From the NCBI GenBank assembly GCA_963772835.1, contig CAVYYZ010000009.1, positions 119,223 to 183,222 on the forward strand: 64,000 nucleotides of DNA. Direction: 5' to 3'. This stretch comes from an uncultured delta proteobacterium. Lineage in GTDB: Bacteria; Desulfobacterota; Desulfuromonadia; Geobacterales; Pseudopelobacteraceae. Shown piece after piece: positions 1-10,870 of the stretch (position 1 is the stretch's first letter; every line of letters starts with the position of its first letter). Position numbers and translations under genes: made by a program. The notes under the pieces were generated by a model that saw only the letters and a program-made list of their open reading frames with translations, did no database searches and was not told where the DNA came from.

Positions 1-1722
1 CCGGCGTACCGATGAACATGTAATTTTTGGGTACACCGAGTCGCGTTGAAAGCCGGTCTATGAGTTCCGGGCAGAACTCCCCCTGGACCGCTACGAAATC
101 TATTTTCAAGCGAGGGTACATCCGGTCAATGGTCCTGAGATGCTGGGCCAGATCCTTCGGTATGTCAGTTTCATGGTCGTACACATGGACAAATTTAAGC
201 CATTTGGTCTGCTCGTTTTTCAAAACATACAGGGCGGCCTGATTCAGATTAGCCAGATCGTCCCCCTTGGTGAAATAGACGACCGTAAGGCTGTTGATAC
301 GATCTATTGAACTGGCAACCTTGAAACGGAGGAGTTCATTGGCCTTCTGTACTTTTTCCACAATGGCTCTTGAGATGAACAATACAAGCTTGAGCAGCTG
401 AATGCGGAGAAACATTACAACCACAACACCGGCAACGATCGCATAATATTCGAGAAATATACGCAGCGATGCAGGATCCAGCAGTACATTCCCGACAAGA
501 CCGGCGACCACGGCAATAAGAGCAATGGTCACCTTTGGCCAACTGGCACGGGTGTCACGCGGCAAACGGTCCCTTTTCACCTTGAGCAGCATGTTTCCGA
601 TGGCGAACAGTGCCATGACACACAGGAAGGACAGGGTGTAGACGCCTGCCAGTATGCCTATTCTGCCGCCGGAAACTGCCAGGATCGACCAGCACATCAG
701 GAAGAAGCCGATGATGATCCAGTGGTTGGTATGCCTCCATCTGTTTTCCTGAAGAAGAAACGGAGGCAGGCAGCGATCGAGGGTCATGCGCCGCACCAGA
801 CCTGTTACCCCGACATAACTGGTAAGAACGGCACCCGACAGCACCAGGGTGGCATCGATACTGACCAGAACCCCCAGCCAGTTCCCGGCGGAAAGTCTCC
901 CCATCTGCGCCAGCAGATCGGGAGGGACCTGCTGGATAACGGCCATCGGGAGGAGTCCCGAGCGCCAGCAGGCTGATGAGCGGATTGAACACCGCCACCG
1001 CCATCCACATGTTCCGGAGTGTTTTCGGAAAGACGCCCTTTTCCTGCTCTTCAATGAAGTTTGCAGAGCTTTCAAAGCCGCTGATGCCGAGCATGGCCGC
1101 CGCAAATCCGAAAAACAGCGCATGCATCAGACCGCCGGGGGTGGGAACAGTCATGTTCAGCGTGCAGCAGCGACGGATCGCTCACGATCATGATCACGGA
1201 AGTAACGCACAGTATCGTCAGCGTAATCATGTGGAACAGGAAGATGACGAGTGCCACCATGGCGGATTCGCCGATGCCGATCAGGTTGAGCAGCGCAAAA
1301 AAACCGAGCAGGAGAACCGTTGCCATGATGACCGGCAGTCCCGGCAGAAGATTATGGGCGTAGTGCATCGCTTCACTGGCGCTGATGACCGCTGTGGCGA
1401 TATAGGATAGCAGTGTCAGGCAGGCAGCGGCGGCGGCGGTATTTTTATTGGTGGTATTCAGCAGCACGGTATAGGTGCCGCCATTCAGCGGGAGGGCGCT
1501 GCCGACCTCGGCATACACCTTCCGGAACAGATAGAGAACCGCTGCAACAATCAGCAGCACAACCGGCGCCAGAAAACCGGCCTGGGCGGCGCAGAGGGCG
1601 GCCACATACAGACAGCTTGAGGTGATATCGTTGCCGCAGATGGCGGTTGAGCGCCAGACTCCAAGTTTTTTGGGCGGAGGCAGAGTCGCAGCTGGTGGTG
1701 CGGCGGGACCCGACCAGATCAT
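1..1722 (-). CDS. APC-family amino acid permease, split by several frameshifts, 3' end outside window
   Basis: Pieces 1072..1722 (AICGNDITSSCLY, SALPLNGGTY), 555..1154 (GISGFESSANFIEEQ) and further frames continue to GVPKNYMFIGTP at the window edge; multiple TM helices. Start may lie near 1804. Confidence 0.85.
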
Positions 1723-2006
1723 TTATCCGTTCTGATTTGCCCCATCCGACAAACTCCCACGAACCTGCCTGTTGATGGTTATCAGTATCTGAAATATTCT
1801 CCATTCATTACTGCCTTTCATTGAATTATTACGGCTAAAACTGACATTTAATGCTATCATTCAAGCTCGTACCGTATTGATACCATTCAATTTACCGTTG
1901 TTCAAGTGAACAAACATACACATACTTGCTATTAACTATTTACAAGACATTATAAAAAATGAGCTACTCCCGGCTCATGAGTGTCTATTTTCAGCAGAGG
2001 TGGTAC

Positions 2007-2925
2007 ATGGACAGTGCTATGTGGCTTGCAGCTTCAGAATGGCTTTTATGACCCGACTGTCGGCAAAATTGTAACAGTTATTGTCGGCATTATCATTATT
2101 AATGTGCTGACCCGTGTGACACGGCGGCTTCTTCTGGGCCGCATAGAAAGCACTGACAACCGCTACCGCTTTAGAAAACTTGTTAATGCAGCCGGGGCAC
2201 TGGTATCAATACTCCTGGTTACCATTGTTTTCAGCAATAAACTGGGGAACCTGACCGTTGCCTTCGGTGTGGCCGGCGCCGGTATCGCCTTTGCCCTGCA
2301 GGAGGTAATCGCCAGTATTGCCGGGTGGGTTGCTGTCTCCTTCGGTAATTTCTATTCCGTCGGCGACCGGGTGCAGCTGGGCGGCATTACCGGCGACGTG
2401 ATTGATATCGGCGTACTGCGAACAACGGTTATGGAGACCGGTCAATGGGTTAAGGCCGATCAGTATAACGGCCGTATTGTCAGGGTTGCCAACAGTTTCG
2501 TTTTCAAGGAACCGGTATTCAATTACTCCGGCGATTTCCCCTTTCTGTGGGACGAAATAAACGTTCCGGTCAAATACGGCAGCGACTACAAGCTGGCCCG
2601 GAAAATCATGCAGAGAATTGCCGATGAAGCAGTTGGGTCGAATTAGTGCCGCAAAGCCAAGAAAACCTGGCATGAAATGGTGAACAAGTACCGTATTGAG
2701 GACGCCATGATCGAACCGGCGGTCACACTGATCGCCAATGATAACTGGCTGGAGTTTACCATCCGCTATGTGACTGATTACAAGCGGCGGCGTTCAACCA
2801 AAGACATTCTGTTCACCCGGATTATGGAGGAGTTTGACGCCACAACCGGCAAGGTTTCCCTGGCTTCGGCCACGTTCCATCTGGTGGATGCGCCGGTATT
2901 TAACGTGCGGTTGGCGGACAAATAA
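2007..2925 (+). CDS. MscS-family mechanosensitive channel (interrupted by apparent sequencing errors)
   Basis: GIAFALQEVIAS, GDRVQLGGITGDVIDIG and VFNYSGDFPFLWDEI motifs. SD GAGGTGG before ATG 2007, apparent +1 error near 2045, in-frame TAG at 2644-2646 in a noisy patch, C-terminus in ORF 2677..2925. Confidence 0.85.
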
Positions 2926-2982
2926 TGCTATGATCCAGTGATATTTCAAGGAAACTCCCCGTAACAAGGGAATGGAAAAAGT

Positions 2983-4251
2983 ATGAGCTTTTTTGAAATA
3001 ACCGCCATATTGATGGTGCTGACGGCACTGTTCAGCTATGTCAACTACCGTGTGCTGCACATGCCGACCACCATCGGGGTCATGTTCATCGCTCTGGCGG
3101 CCTCTCTTGGCATCGTTCTTCTCAGCTGGCTGGGTGTGGATATCGGTCAGCACCATGTCGCCCGGATTCTGGAGACAATCGACTTCAATAAGGCACTGCT
3201 GCATGGCATTCTGTCCTTTCTGCTGTTCGCCGGGGCCATGCACATCAAACTTGATGATCTGACCAGCCAGAAATGGGTTATAAGCGTACTGGCAACCGTG
3301 GGGGTCGTCGCCTCGACCTTCATTGTCGGCGGTCTGACCTGGGTCGTGCTCGGTTTTCTGAATATTCCGGCTTCATTCATCTACTGTCTGCTCTTCGGCG
3401 CTTTGATCTCGCCGACCGATCCGGTGGCGGTGATCGGTATTCTCAAGACAGCCGGAGTCCCCAAAAGCCTTGAAACCAAGATCGCCGGGGAGTCACTCTT
3501 CAACGACGGTATCGGCGTTGTGGTCTTTATGATCATTCTTGAACTTGCACTTGGCGGAGGCGATGTTACCCTTGGCAGGGTTTCGCTTCTCTTCGTTGAG
3601 GAGGCGGTTGGCGGAGCGCTGTTTGGACTTATACTCGGGCTGCTGGCCTACCAGATGCTCAAACGGGTCAACAATTACCAGGTGGAAGTCATAATCACCC
3701 TGGCTATGGTCATGGGTGGCTATGCACTCGCTGACAGAATCCATACCTCGGGCCCGATTGCCATCGTTGTGGCCGGACTGCTGATCGGCAATCATGGCCG
3801 GGCGTTCGCCATGTCTGAGCTCACCCGCCAGCGTCTTGATGATTTTTGGGAGTTGGTGGACGAAATTCTCAATGCCCTGCTCTTCATGCTGATCGGCATG
3901 GAAGTACTGGTTATGCCCTTTACCAGAGCCTTGCTCACTGCCGGCCTGCTCTCTATTGTCATCACGCTGTTTGCCCGATGGGCGAGCGTTGGGGGAGCAG
4001 TGCTGCTCATGAGGAGATTCAGGGCATTCAGCCCGGGTGCGATTAAAATCCTCACCTGGGGAGGATTGCGCGGCGGCATCTCGGTGGCCCTGGCTCTGTC
4101 GATACCACCGGTTCCGGAGCGCACAACCATTATTACCATCACCTACATAATTGTTGTATTCTCGATAGTCATTCAGGGCATGTCTCTTGGCAGACTGGTG
4201 GACATGATATATCCTGACATCCAGGGGAAACAAATCGGAGGGAAAACATGA
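2983..4251 (+). CDS. CPA1/NhaP-type Na+/H+ antiporter
   Basis: [20 protein letters not shown] and [14 protein letters not shown] motifs; ~12 TM segments. Confidence 0.93.
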   Translation: MSFFEITAILMVLTALFSYVNYRVLHMPTTIGVMFIALAASLGIVLLSWLGVDIGQHHVARILETIDFNKALLHGILSFLLFAGAMHIKLDDLTSQKWVISVLATVGVVASTFIVGGLTWVVLGFLNIPASFIYCLLFGALISPTDPVAVIGILKTAGVPKSLETKIAGESLFNDGIGVVVFMIILELALGGGDVTLGRVSLLFVEEAVGGALFGLILGLLAYQMLKRVNNYQVEVIITLAMVMGGYALADRIHTSGPIAIVVAGLLIGNHGRAFAMSELTRQRLDDFWELVDEILNALLFMLIGMEVLVMPFTRALLTAGLLSIVITLFARWASVGGAVLLMRRFRAFSPGAIKILTWGGLRGGISVALALSIPPVPERTTIITITYIIVVFSIVIQGMSLGRLVDMIYPDIQGKQIGGKT

Positions 4252-4580
4252 AATTTTCACTTATTGCATCGATTATTCTTTCATTGGCAATGGCTCTTTT
4301 TGCCGTTCAGAATTCACAACAGACGCAAGTGACCTTTCTGGGCAAGTATTTCGACGGTCCCCTGGTGATCGTCCTCCTCATCACCTTCGCAGTCGGTGTT
4401 TTATCAATGTTTTTTGCCATGCTTCCCGCTTCATTCCGCAAATCTATGGAAATTTCAAAGTTAAAATCGCGCCTGACCGTACTCTCATCAAATATCAAGA
4501 CCCTTGAAAAACAACAGACCGACAGAGAAGATCACTACAAAAAGGAGATCCGTCATGAAAATACTCATCAGGAATCGTAA
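4248..4580 (+). CDS. LapA-family small membrane protein
   Basis: [11 protein letters not shown] motif, two hydrophobic segments and a coiled-coil tail; ATGA overlap with the antiporter. Confidence 0.8.
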   Translation: MKFSLIASIILSLAMALFAVQNSQQTQVTFLGKYFDGPLVIVLLITFAVGVLSMFFAMLPASFRKSMEISKLKSRLTVLSSNIKTLEKQQTDREDHYKKEIRHENTHQES

Positions 4581-5178
4581 GTATCTGCAGATTGTCATGT
4601 CCCTCACCGTGGCAGCGATGTTGCTTGCCAGCGGCTGTGCCCGCTACGCGCACAATTCTGACACGCTCTATGAACCGTCCACTCCTGTTCGAGGCGGCAG
4701 CGGGACTGTCTACATCGTTATACCGGAAAGTCAGCAGACACGGTCATCGGATATCAGACGGGTAGTGGGAACTGTTTCAGATGGTGAAAACAGGAAACTT
4801 GACGATGTGTTCAGTTCCCGCTCAGCCGCTGAAATCATTCAGACCGCGCTTGGTCTTGAATTCAAAAGAGCCGGATATACCGTTATACCGGCTACATCGC
4901 GTCCAACTGCCGAACAGCAGGTGATAGATCTTACCAAATCAGAAATAAAGCTTGACCAGATCTCCGAGTTAACGAACATTAAGGTAACGTGTCAGGTGCT
5001 GTCGAATATGGATGTATACAAGGCCGGAAAGCTGATAAAGCGGGTTCAATATGCGGCAACATCCTCCAAAACAGACATTAAAGACCGTGACCTGCTGGCC
5101 GGGAATGTCCTGCAGGAAGCGCTTCAGTCGGTCATGCTGCAGGCAACACCGGAAATTCACACCCTGTTCAGTCACTGA
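4555..5178 (+). CDS. Lipoprotein of unknown function
   Basis: SD AAGGAG before ATG 4555; signal peptide with lipobox LASG-C. Confidence 0.75.
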   Translation: MKILIRNRKYLQIVMSLTVAAMLLASGCARYAHNSDTLYEPSTPVRGGSGTVYIVIPESQQTRSSDIRRVVGTVSDGENRKLDDVFSSRSAAEIIQTALGLEFKRAGYTVIPATSRPTAEQQVIDLTKSEIKLDQISELTNIKVTCQVLSNMDVYKAGKLIKRVQYAATSSKTDIKDRDLLAGNVLQEALQSVMLQATPEIHTLFSH

Positions 5179-5199
5179 GATAATAGACAGGAGACCTCA

Positions 5200-6861
5200 A
5201 TGATACGTACCTTCATTACAATTGCTCTGTTCGTTACTTTGACTGCAGCGGCTTTTGCCGCACCGAAAGGCAAAACGTCACATGTCGCTCCAGCACCTGA
5301 ACAGACGGTAGCCCCGGCGCTTCCCGAAGGTCAGGTGATGTTGGCAGGCAAGACGGTGCTTACCATAAAAAGCAAGGTGCTTTCTTTTTCCCCCGAAGAT
5401 CGGGCTAAAACAATTTCCGACCGTCTTGCAAAAATTGTCAAGGATCCTACGTTTCAGATTGATTCACTGAAAGTGGTAGACAGCGAAAACTCCAGTGATA
5501 TTGTTACGGGTGATTTGATCCTTATGAGCGTAGCAGATGCGGATGCTCAGGCGGTAGGAAAAGAGCGCCTACTGCTGGCCGAGGAATCTGCCGCCAAGAT
5601 CCGGGTTGCGGTGGAACTGCGCAACAAGGAGTACAGCACCAAGACTCTCCTGTTCGGTGCGTTGTACAGCCTCCTGGCAACGCTTGCCCTTGTGGCATCG
5701 TTACTGGCACTCAACCATTTTCTTCCAAGATTTATCGCTAAAATTGAATCATGGCGCGGCATCTACATCCGCTCGGTTCGCTTTCAGTCGATAGAGGTAT
5801 TGAATGAAGAGCGAATCGTAGCGGTTATCAGTACATTTCTTCGCTGGGCAAGAACGATACTTCTGCTCGGCCTTCTCTACCTCTATATACCGCTGGTGCT
5901 CAGCTTTTTCCCCTGGACCCACGGCATGGCGAACAGACTTTTCAGTTATATTCTGGCACCGATTGAGAAAGTCGGACTCTCTTTCGTTTCCTATCTGCCC
6001 AACATTTTCTTTCTGCTGGTCATAGCAGTCATCACCAATTACTCGATAAAACTGACTAAATTCCTGTTTTCAGAAGTTCAGAAGCAGACCATTACCATCC
6101 CAGGATTTTATCACGACTGGGCCGAACCCACCTTCAAGATCGTTCGTTTTCTGATATTTGCTTTTGCTGCTGTTGTCGCTTTTCCCTATCTTCCGGGCTC
6201 AGACTCACCCGCCTTCAAGGGTGTGTCGGTTTTTCTCGGGGTGCTCTTTTCGTTCGGATCGTCCTCGGCGATTTCAAATGTCGTGGCGGGGGTCATCCTT
6301 ACCTACATGCGGGCCTTTAAACTCGGGGACCGGGTCAAAATCGCGGATACCGTCGGCGATGTGGTGGAAAAAACCCTGCTGATTACCCGAATCCGTACCA
6401 TCAAGAACGTTGACATCACTATCCCGAATGCCATGGTTCTCAGCAGTCACATTACCAATTTCAGTTCTTCGGCGATGGAATACGGGCTGATCCTCCATAC
6501 AACCGTTACCATTGGCTATGACGCTCCGTGGCGCCGGGTTCATGAACTTCTGATTTCGGCGGCATCCGCCACAGAAAATATTCTGGAACTTCCCGCACCT
6601 TTCGTCCTCCAGACCAGCCTGGATGATTTTTACGTCAGCTACCAAATCAATGCATATACCGAAAAACCGTCAGTCATGGCACGTACCTATTCCGCTCTTC
6701 ATCAGAACATTCAGGAAAAGTTTAATGAAGGAGGGATAGAGATCATGTCTCCACATTATTCTTCGCTGCGTGATGGCAATATGACAACAATACCGGAGTC
6801 GTATTTACCTGAATCGTACATGCAGCCTGCGTTCAGAGTCAGCAAGACGGATGCTGAATAA
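5200..6861 (+). CDS. MscS-family mechanosensitive channel with N-terminal periplasmic domain
   Basis: Signal peptide; SSSAISNVVAG, FKLGDRVKI, ITIPNAMVL and GIEIMSPHY motifs. Confidence 0.92.
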   Translation: MIRTFITIALFVTLTAAAFAAPKGKTSHVAPAPEQTVAPALPEGQVMLAGKTVLTIKSKVLSFSPEDRAKTISDRLAKIVKDPTFQIDSLKVVDSENSSDIVTGDLILMSVADADAQAVGKERLLLAEESAAKIRVAVELRNKEYSTKTLLFGALYSLLATLALVASLLALNHFLPRFIAKIESWRGIYIRSVRFQSIEVLNEERIVAVISTFLRWARTILLLGLLYLYIPLVLSFFPWTHGMANRLFSYILAPIEKVGLSFVSYLPNIFFLLVIAVITNYSIKLTKFLFSEVQKQTITIPGFYHDWAEPTFKIVRFLIFAFAAVVAFPYLPGSDSPAFKGVSVFLGVLFSFGSSSAISNVVAGVILTYMRAFKLGDRVKIADTVGDVVEKTLLITRIRTIKNVDITIPNAMVLSSHITNFSSSAMEYGLILHTTVTIGYDAPWRRVHELLISAASATENILELPAPFVLQTSLDDFYVSYQINAYTEKPSVMARTYSALHQNIQEKFNEGGIEIMSPHYSSLRDGNMTTIPESYLPESYMQPAFRVSKTDAE

Positions 6862-7219
6862 TCGGCTACATACCCCATCAAATGCACGCGGGACCGGTTT
6901 TTTCCCCGGCAAGGCAATTTGAATCATCTTATTCCTCCTCACCGGGCGGCGTTAGCATCTGCTTCTGATGACTATGATGGCAGCCGCCTTATTTCCACTC
7001 TTCTCGCCTTTCAATGAAAAAATGGCGCAAATCACCATCCGTACTCACCCAAGAGTCGTTGCACCGCAATATTCCTCCGCTATAATGAAAGCCGAGCACC
7101 GTAATCATGTGATTTGCGCTTGATATTACGGTGCAAATCAAAACTTGACGAGATTTAAAAAAACGCTTATTATTAGCGTTCCAAATTATTTGTATTACAA
7201 ACAATAAGTCAGTCGAATC

Positions 7220-7696
7220 ATGAGAGCACTTATGAAAAAGCAGAGAGATTCAATACCGGAAATAATCGACAATTTACGGCGGGTATTCCAGATAATCACC
7301 GAATACTCAAAAACCGCCGAGCGATCAATCGGCTTAACAGGCCCGCAACTCTGGGCGATGAAGATACTTTCAAATTCCGCTCCCCTGCATGTTTCCTGCC
7401 TGGCACGCCAGATGTTTCTAAGTCCAGCGACTGTCGTCGGGATACTTGACCGGCTTGAAAATAAAGGGCTTGTAACACGTGTCCGATCAAAAGAAGACCG
7501 CAGAGCGGTGGATCTACATCTTACCGTAAAGGGGCGTGATGTGGCCGCGAAGGTCCCTGAAGTTGCCCAGGTTATGCTCGTAAAAGGGCTTGAAGGGCTG
7601 TCGGACGAACAGTTTTCCCATGTGGATGAGGCTATGCAGCAGATCGTGCAGATGCTCGGAGCGGAGCATATCACACCGCAACCACTGCATGGATAA
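7220..7696 (+). CDS. MarR-family regulator (EctR/CosR-like)
   Basis: LRRVFQ...GLTGPQLW...LSPATVVGILDRLENKGLVTRVRSKEDRR winged helix; directly upstream of otsAB. Confidence 0.9.
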   Translation: MRALMKKQRDSIPEIIDNLRRVFQIITEYSKTAERSIGLTGPQLWAMKILSNSAPLHVSCLARQMFLSPATVVGILDRLENKGLVTRVRSKEDRRAVDLHLTVKGRDVAAKVPEVAQVMLVKGLEGLSDEQFSHVDEAMQQIVQMLGAEHITPQPLHG

Positions 7697-7791
7697 TCAG
7701 GAATTTGTTTATCACGATGTTGTTTGCGATTGGCCGCAAATGGTCACCTTCATCTCAGCCTTCCCACTGTTTGTTGTAAAAGGAATCAGCT

Positions 7792-10032
7792 ATGAACGGA
7801 TTCAGATCACTTAAACTTTCGCTGAGATTTGTCGCACCCCTGGTAATCGCTCTGGGTCTGCTCGCACTGGCCGTTGTCCCTCTCGTGGACAAGCTCACTC
7901 TGCGCTGGTCTGTCCGTGATATGGATATCAGATCACAGCTTATTGCCAGCACTTTGCAGGAACCCCTTCTGGAGCTGCTCCCCCAGGAAAACAAACTGAA
8001 GATCAATAATCTACTTCTGCGCGCTACTCAGGACGAGCGTTTGCTGGCCCTGGGATTCTGCAATCAGGAACAGAAGCTTGTCTACCGGACCCGCTCTTTT
8101 CCTGCCGATATTACGTGCCGTTCGGCACGTGATGATACCAAGCAGTCATTCCACCTGATCGAACTACCCCAGGGGCCGGTACATCTGGCAGTAATTCCCA
8201 TTGAACAGAGCGGTACGCAGATGGGCTCTCTGGTGCTGGTACACGACATGAGTTACATGGTGCACCGAAGTGCAGATACCCGTAAGTACGTTATTCTCCT
8301 GTTTATCGTGCTTGGAGTAGTCGTTTCACTCATCACCGTGTTTGTCGCACACCTGAGCTGGCGGGGATGGATGGAAGGTGTCCGGGCCATGCTGCGTGGC
8401 GAGGGGATCCTTAAGCCGTTTGCCCAGCAGACGGTCGAATCAGAGTTGCAGCCGCTGGTTGGTGATCTTAAAAACCTGTTACGATCCCTCGATGCAGAGC
8501 GGCGTCTGGCAGATGACTCTTCCACAATCTGGAGTCCCGACACCCTTAAAAATCTGCTCCACAAACAGCTGATCGGTGAGCGTATTATCGTAGTTTCTAA
8601 TCGTGAACCGTACATTCACAGCAAGAAGAATGGTGCGATCGAAGTGCATCGTCCCGCCAGTGGTCTGGTAACCGCTGTTGAACCGGTTATGCGGGCCTGC
8701 TCCGGCACCTGGATTGCCCATGGCAGCGGCAATGCCGATCTGGAGACGGTAGACGCCAATGACCGCGTCAGGGTCCCGCCGGATAAGCCGGAATACAATC
8801 TTAGGCGTATCTGGATGAGTACCGAAGAGGAAAAGGGATATTATTACGGATTTGCGAATGAGGGGTTATGGCCGCTCTGCCATAATGCCCATGTCCGGCC
8901 GGTTTTTCGCACCAGCGACTGGGAGCAGTATGTAAAAATCAACCAGCGCTTTGCCGATGCTGTCGTCCAGGAGGCAGACAGCGATGATCCCGTGGTACTT
9001 GTCCAGGATTATCACTTTGCACTGCTGCCGGGAATGATCCGCAAGGCGCTGCCCAAGTCCACGATCATAACATTCTGGCACATTCCATGGCCAAACCCGG
9101 AGTCGTTCGGCATCTGCCCCTGGAGAACTGAACTACTGAAGGGGATGTTGGGAAGCACCATTCTCGGTTTTCATACCCCTTACCACTGCAAGAATTTTCT
9201 TGAGACGGTGGACCGCTACCTTGAAACCCGCATTGAACACGCTTCGTCGACTATTTCTCGACGTGGCCAGCTGACTCTGGTTGAAAACTACCCGATCTCG
9301 ATCCAGTGGCCTCCGCCCTGGCTCGGCACAGTGCCGCCGGTCGAACAGACTCGTAATGAGATTCTAAACGCTCTGGGTCTTCCTCCTGGTCATCTGCTTG
9401 GAGTAGGTGTTGACCGAATGGACTATACCAAGGGGATTCTGGAGCGTTTCAGTGCGGTTGAGCGGATGCTCGAGCTCCATCCGGAACTGGTCGGCCGGTT
9501 CAGTTTTGTGCAGATCGCTGCCCCGAGCCGTTCGGCACTTGAGGAGTATCAAACATTTGAAACAAGGATTCACGCACTGGAAAAACGGATTAATGTTCGA
9601 TTCACCCGTGACGGACGACCGCCTATCATCCTCAAGGCGGAACATCATGAGCCTGCAGAGGTAAACCGCTATTACCGCGCAGCCCATGTCTGCATGGTTA
9701 CAAGTCTCCACGACGGCATGAACCTGGTGGCCAAAGAGTATGTGGCGGCCAGAGACGACGAACGCGGGGTGCTGATTCTGAGTCAGTTTACCGGCGCGGC
9801 CAACGAACTGCATGAGGCGCTGATTGTCAACCCCTACCATGTGGAGCAGACAGCCGAAGCACTGTACCAGGGGCTTACCATGCCTGAATACGAGCAACAG
9901 GAGAGGATGCGCAGCATGCGCGCCCTGGTGCGGGATTTCAATGTGTATCGCTGGGCCGGCAGAATGCTTCTGGACGCAGCACGCGTGCGCCAGCGGGAGA
10001 AGCTGGCCGATAGGATAGGGAGAGAACAATGA
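7792..10032 (+). CDS. otsA: Trehalose-6-phosphate synthase (GT20) with N-terminal TM-periplasmic-TM extension
   Basis: VVSNREP, YYYGFANEGLWPLCH, VQDYHF, FWHIPWP, GVDRMDYTKG and DGMNLVAKEY motifs; the first ~260 aa carry two TM helices. Confidence 0.95.
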   Translation: MNGFRSLKLSLRFVAPLVIALGLLALAVVPLVDKLTLRWSVRDMDIRSQLIASTLQEPLLELLPQENKLKINNLLLRATQDERLLALGFCNQEQKLVYRTRSFPADITCRSARDDTKQSFHLIELPQGPVHLAVIPIEQSGTQMGSLVLVHDMSYMVHRSADTRKYVILLFIVLGVVVSLITVFVAHLSWRGWMEGVRAMLRGEGILKPFAQQTVESELQPLVGDLKNLLRSLDAERRLADDSSTIWSPDTLKNLLHKQLIGERIIVVSNREPYIHSKKNGAIEVHRPASGLVTAVEPVMRACSGTWIAHGSGNADLETVDANDRVRVPPDKPEYNLRRIWMSTEEEKGYYYGFANEGLWPLCHNAHVRPVFRTSDWEQYVKINQRFADAVVQEADSDDPVVLVQDYHFALLPGMIRKALPKSTIITFWHIPWPNPESFGICPWRTELLKGMLGSTILGFHTPYHCKNFLETVDRYLETRIEHASSTISRRGQLTLVENYPISIQWPPPWLGTVPPVEQTRNEILNALGLPPGHLLGVGVDRMDYTKGILERFSAVERMLELHPELVGRFSFVQIAAPSRSALEEYQTFETRIHALEKRINVRFTRDGRPPIILKAEHHEPAEVNRYYRAAHVCMVTSLHDGMNLVAKEYVAARDDERGVLILSQFTGAANELHEALIVNPYHVEQTAEALYQGLTMPEYEQQERMRSMRALVRDFNVYRWAGRMLLDAARVRQREKLADRIGREQ

Positions 10033-10790
10033 CAGCATCGTATATATTACATTCAGAGGGACTGGACATACTCGCGCGCCATGTGGCACGGGACACACTG
10101 TTTGCATTCGACCTTGATGGTACATTGGCGCCGATTGTAGAGGAGTATACGGCCGCACAGATAGCCGAACCGGTCCGCACCTCCTTGAAACGTCTTGGGA
10201 AACTCGCAAAAATTGCCGTCATCACCGGCAGGTCAAGAAAAGATGCCCAGGCTATTCTCGGATTTGAACCTCATCTGCTTGTGGGAAATCATGGTTCCGA
10301 ATGGCCGGCTCAAGAAGGTCGCCGTGATTGGCAGCAGATTGCAATGTGCCTCAAGTGGCAGGAAAAATTGAAGGAGATGCTCTGTCATATACCGGGGATT
10401 GAGTTCGAGTTCAAAGGTGAATCGGTTTCAATTCATTACCGTAAGGCAGATGATCGTGAGAGAGCCCTTTCATGTATCAACGACGCTATCGGGTCACTAT
10501 CACCATGTCCGAGAAGAATTGGCGGCAAGTTTGTCGTCAATCTGCTCCCGCTGGAGGCACTAACCAAAGGAGATGCACTTTTGGCCGCCATGGATAAATT
10601 CAAGTCGGGACGGTCGATATATTTTGGTGATGATGTTACGGACGAAGAAGTCTTTCGACTGAGTGGAGTTAATGTGCTTGGCATCCACATAGGAAAAAAC
10701 GATCAGTCGGCGGCCGAATATTATCTGAATAATCAGTCAGAGCTTCTTGGCCTACTCGACACAATGATAGAAATTATAGAGTCTATTTGA
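10029..10790 (+). CDS. otsB: Trehalose-6-phosphate phosphatase (HAD)
   Basis: FDLDGTLAPI, ITGR, GNHGSE and YFGDDVTDEEVF motifs; follows otsA. Confidence 0.95.
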   Translation: MTASYILHSEGLDILARHVARDTLFAFDLDGTLAPIVEEYTAAQIAEPVRTSLKRLGKLAKIAVITGRSRKDAQAILGFEPHLLVGNHGSEWPAQEGRRDWQQIAMCLKWQEKLKEMLCHIPGIEFEFKGESVSIHYRKADDRERALSCINDAIGSLSPCPRRIGGKFVVNLLPLEALTKGDALLAAMDKFKSGRSIYFGDDVTDEEVFRLSGVNVLGIHIGKNDQSAAEYYLNNQSELLGLLDTMIEIIESI

Positions 10791-10870
10791 TGCTACTACG
10801 CGTTGGGCAAAGGCGTCACTCAAAAGGCCCGGTTTCACAAGTTGCGGCCTGAAACCAGGCACCTTCCACT

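Noticed and set aside
2644..2646. In-frame TAG in mscS as stop-codon read-through or pyrrolysine
   Set aside because: The surrounding codons look garbled by about three inserted bases; TAG is a normal stop elsewhere and no pyl genes are in the window.
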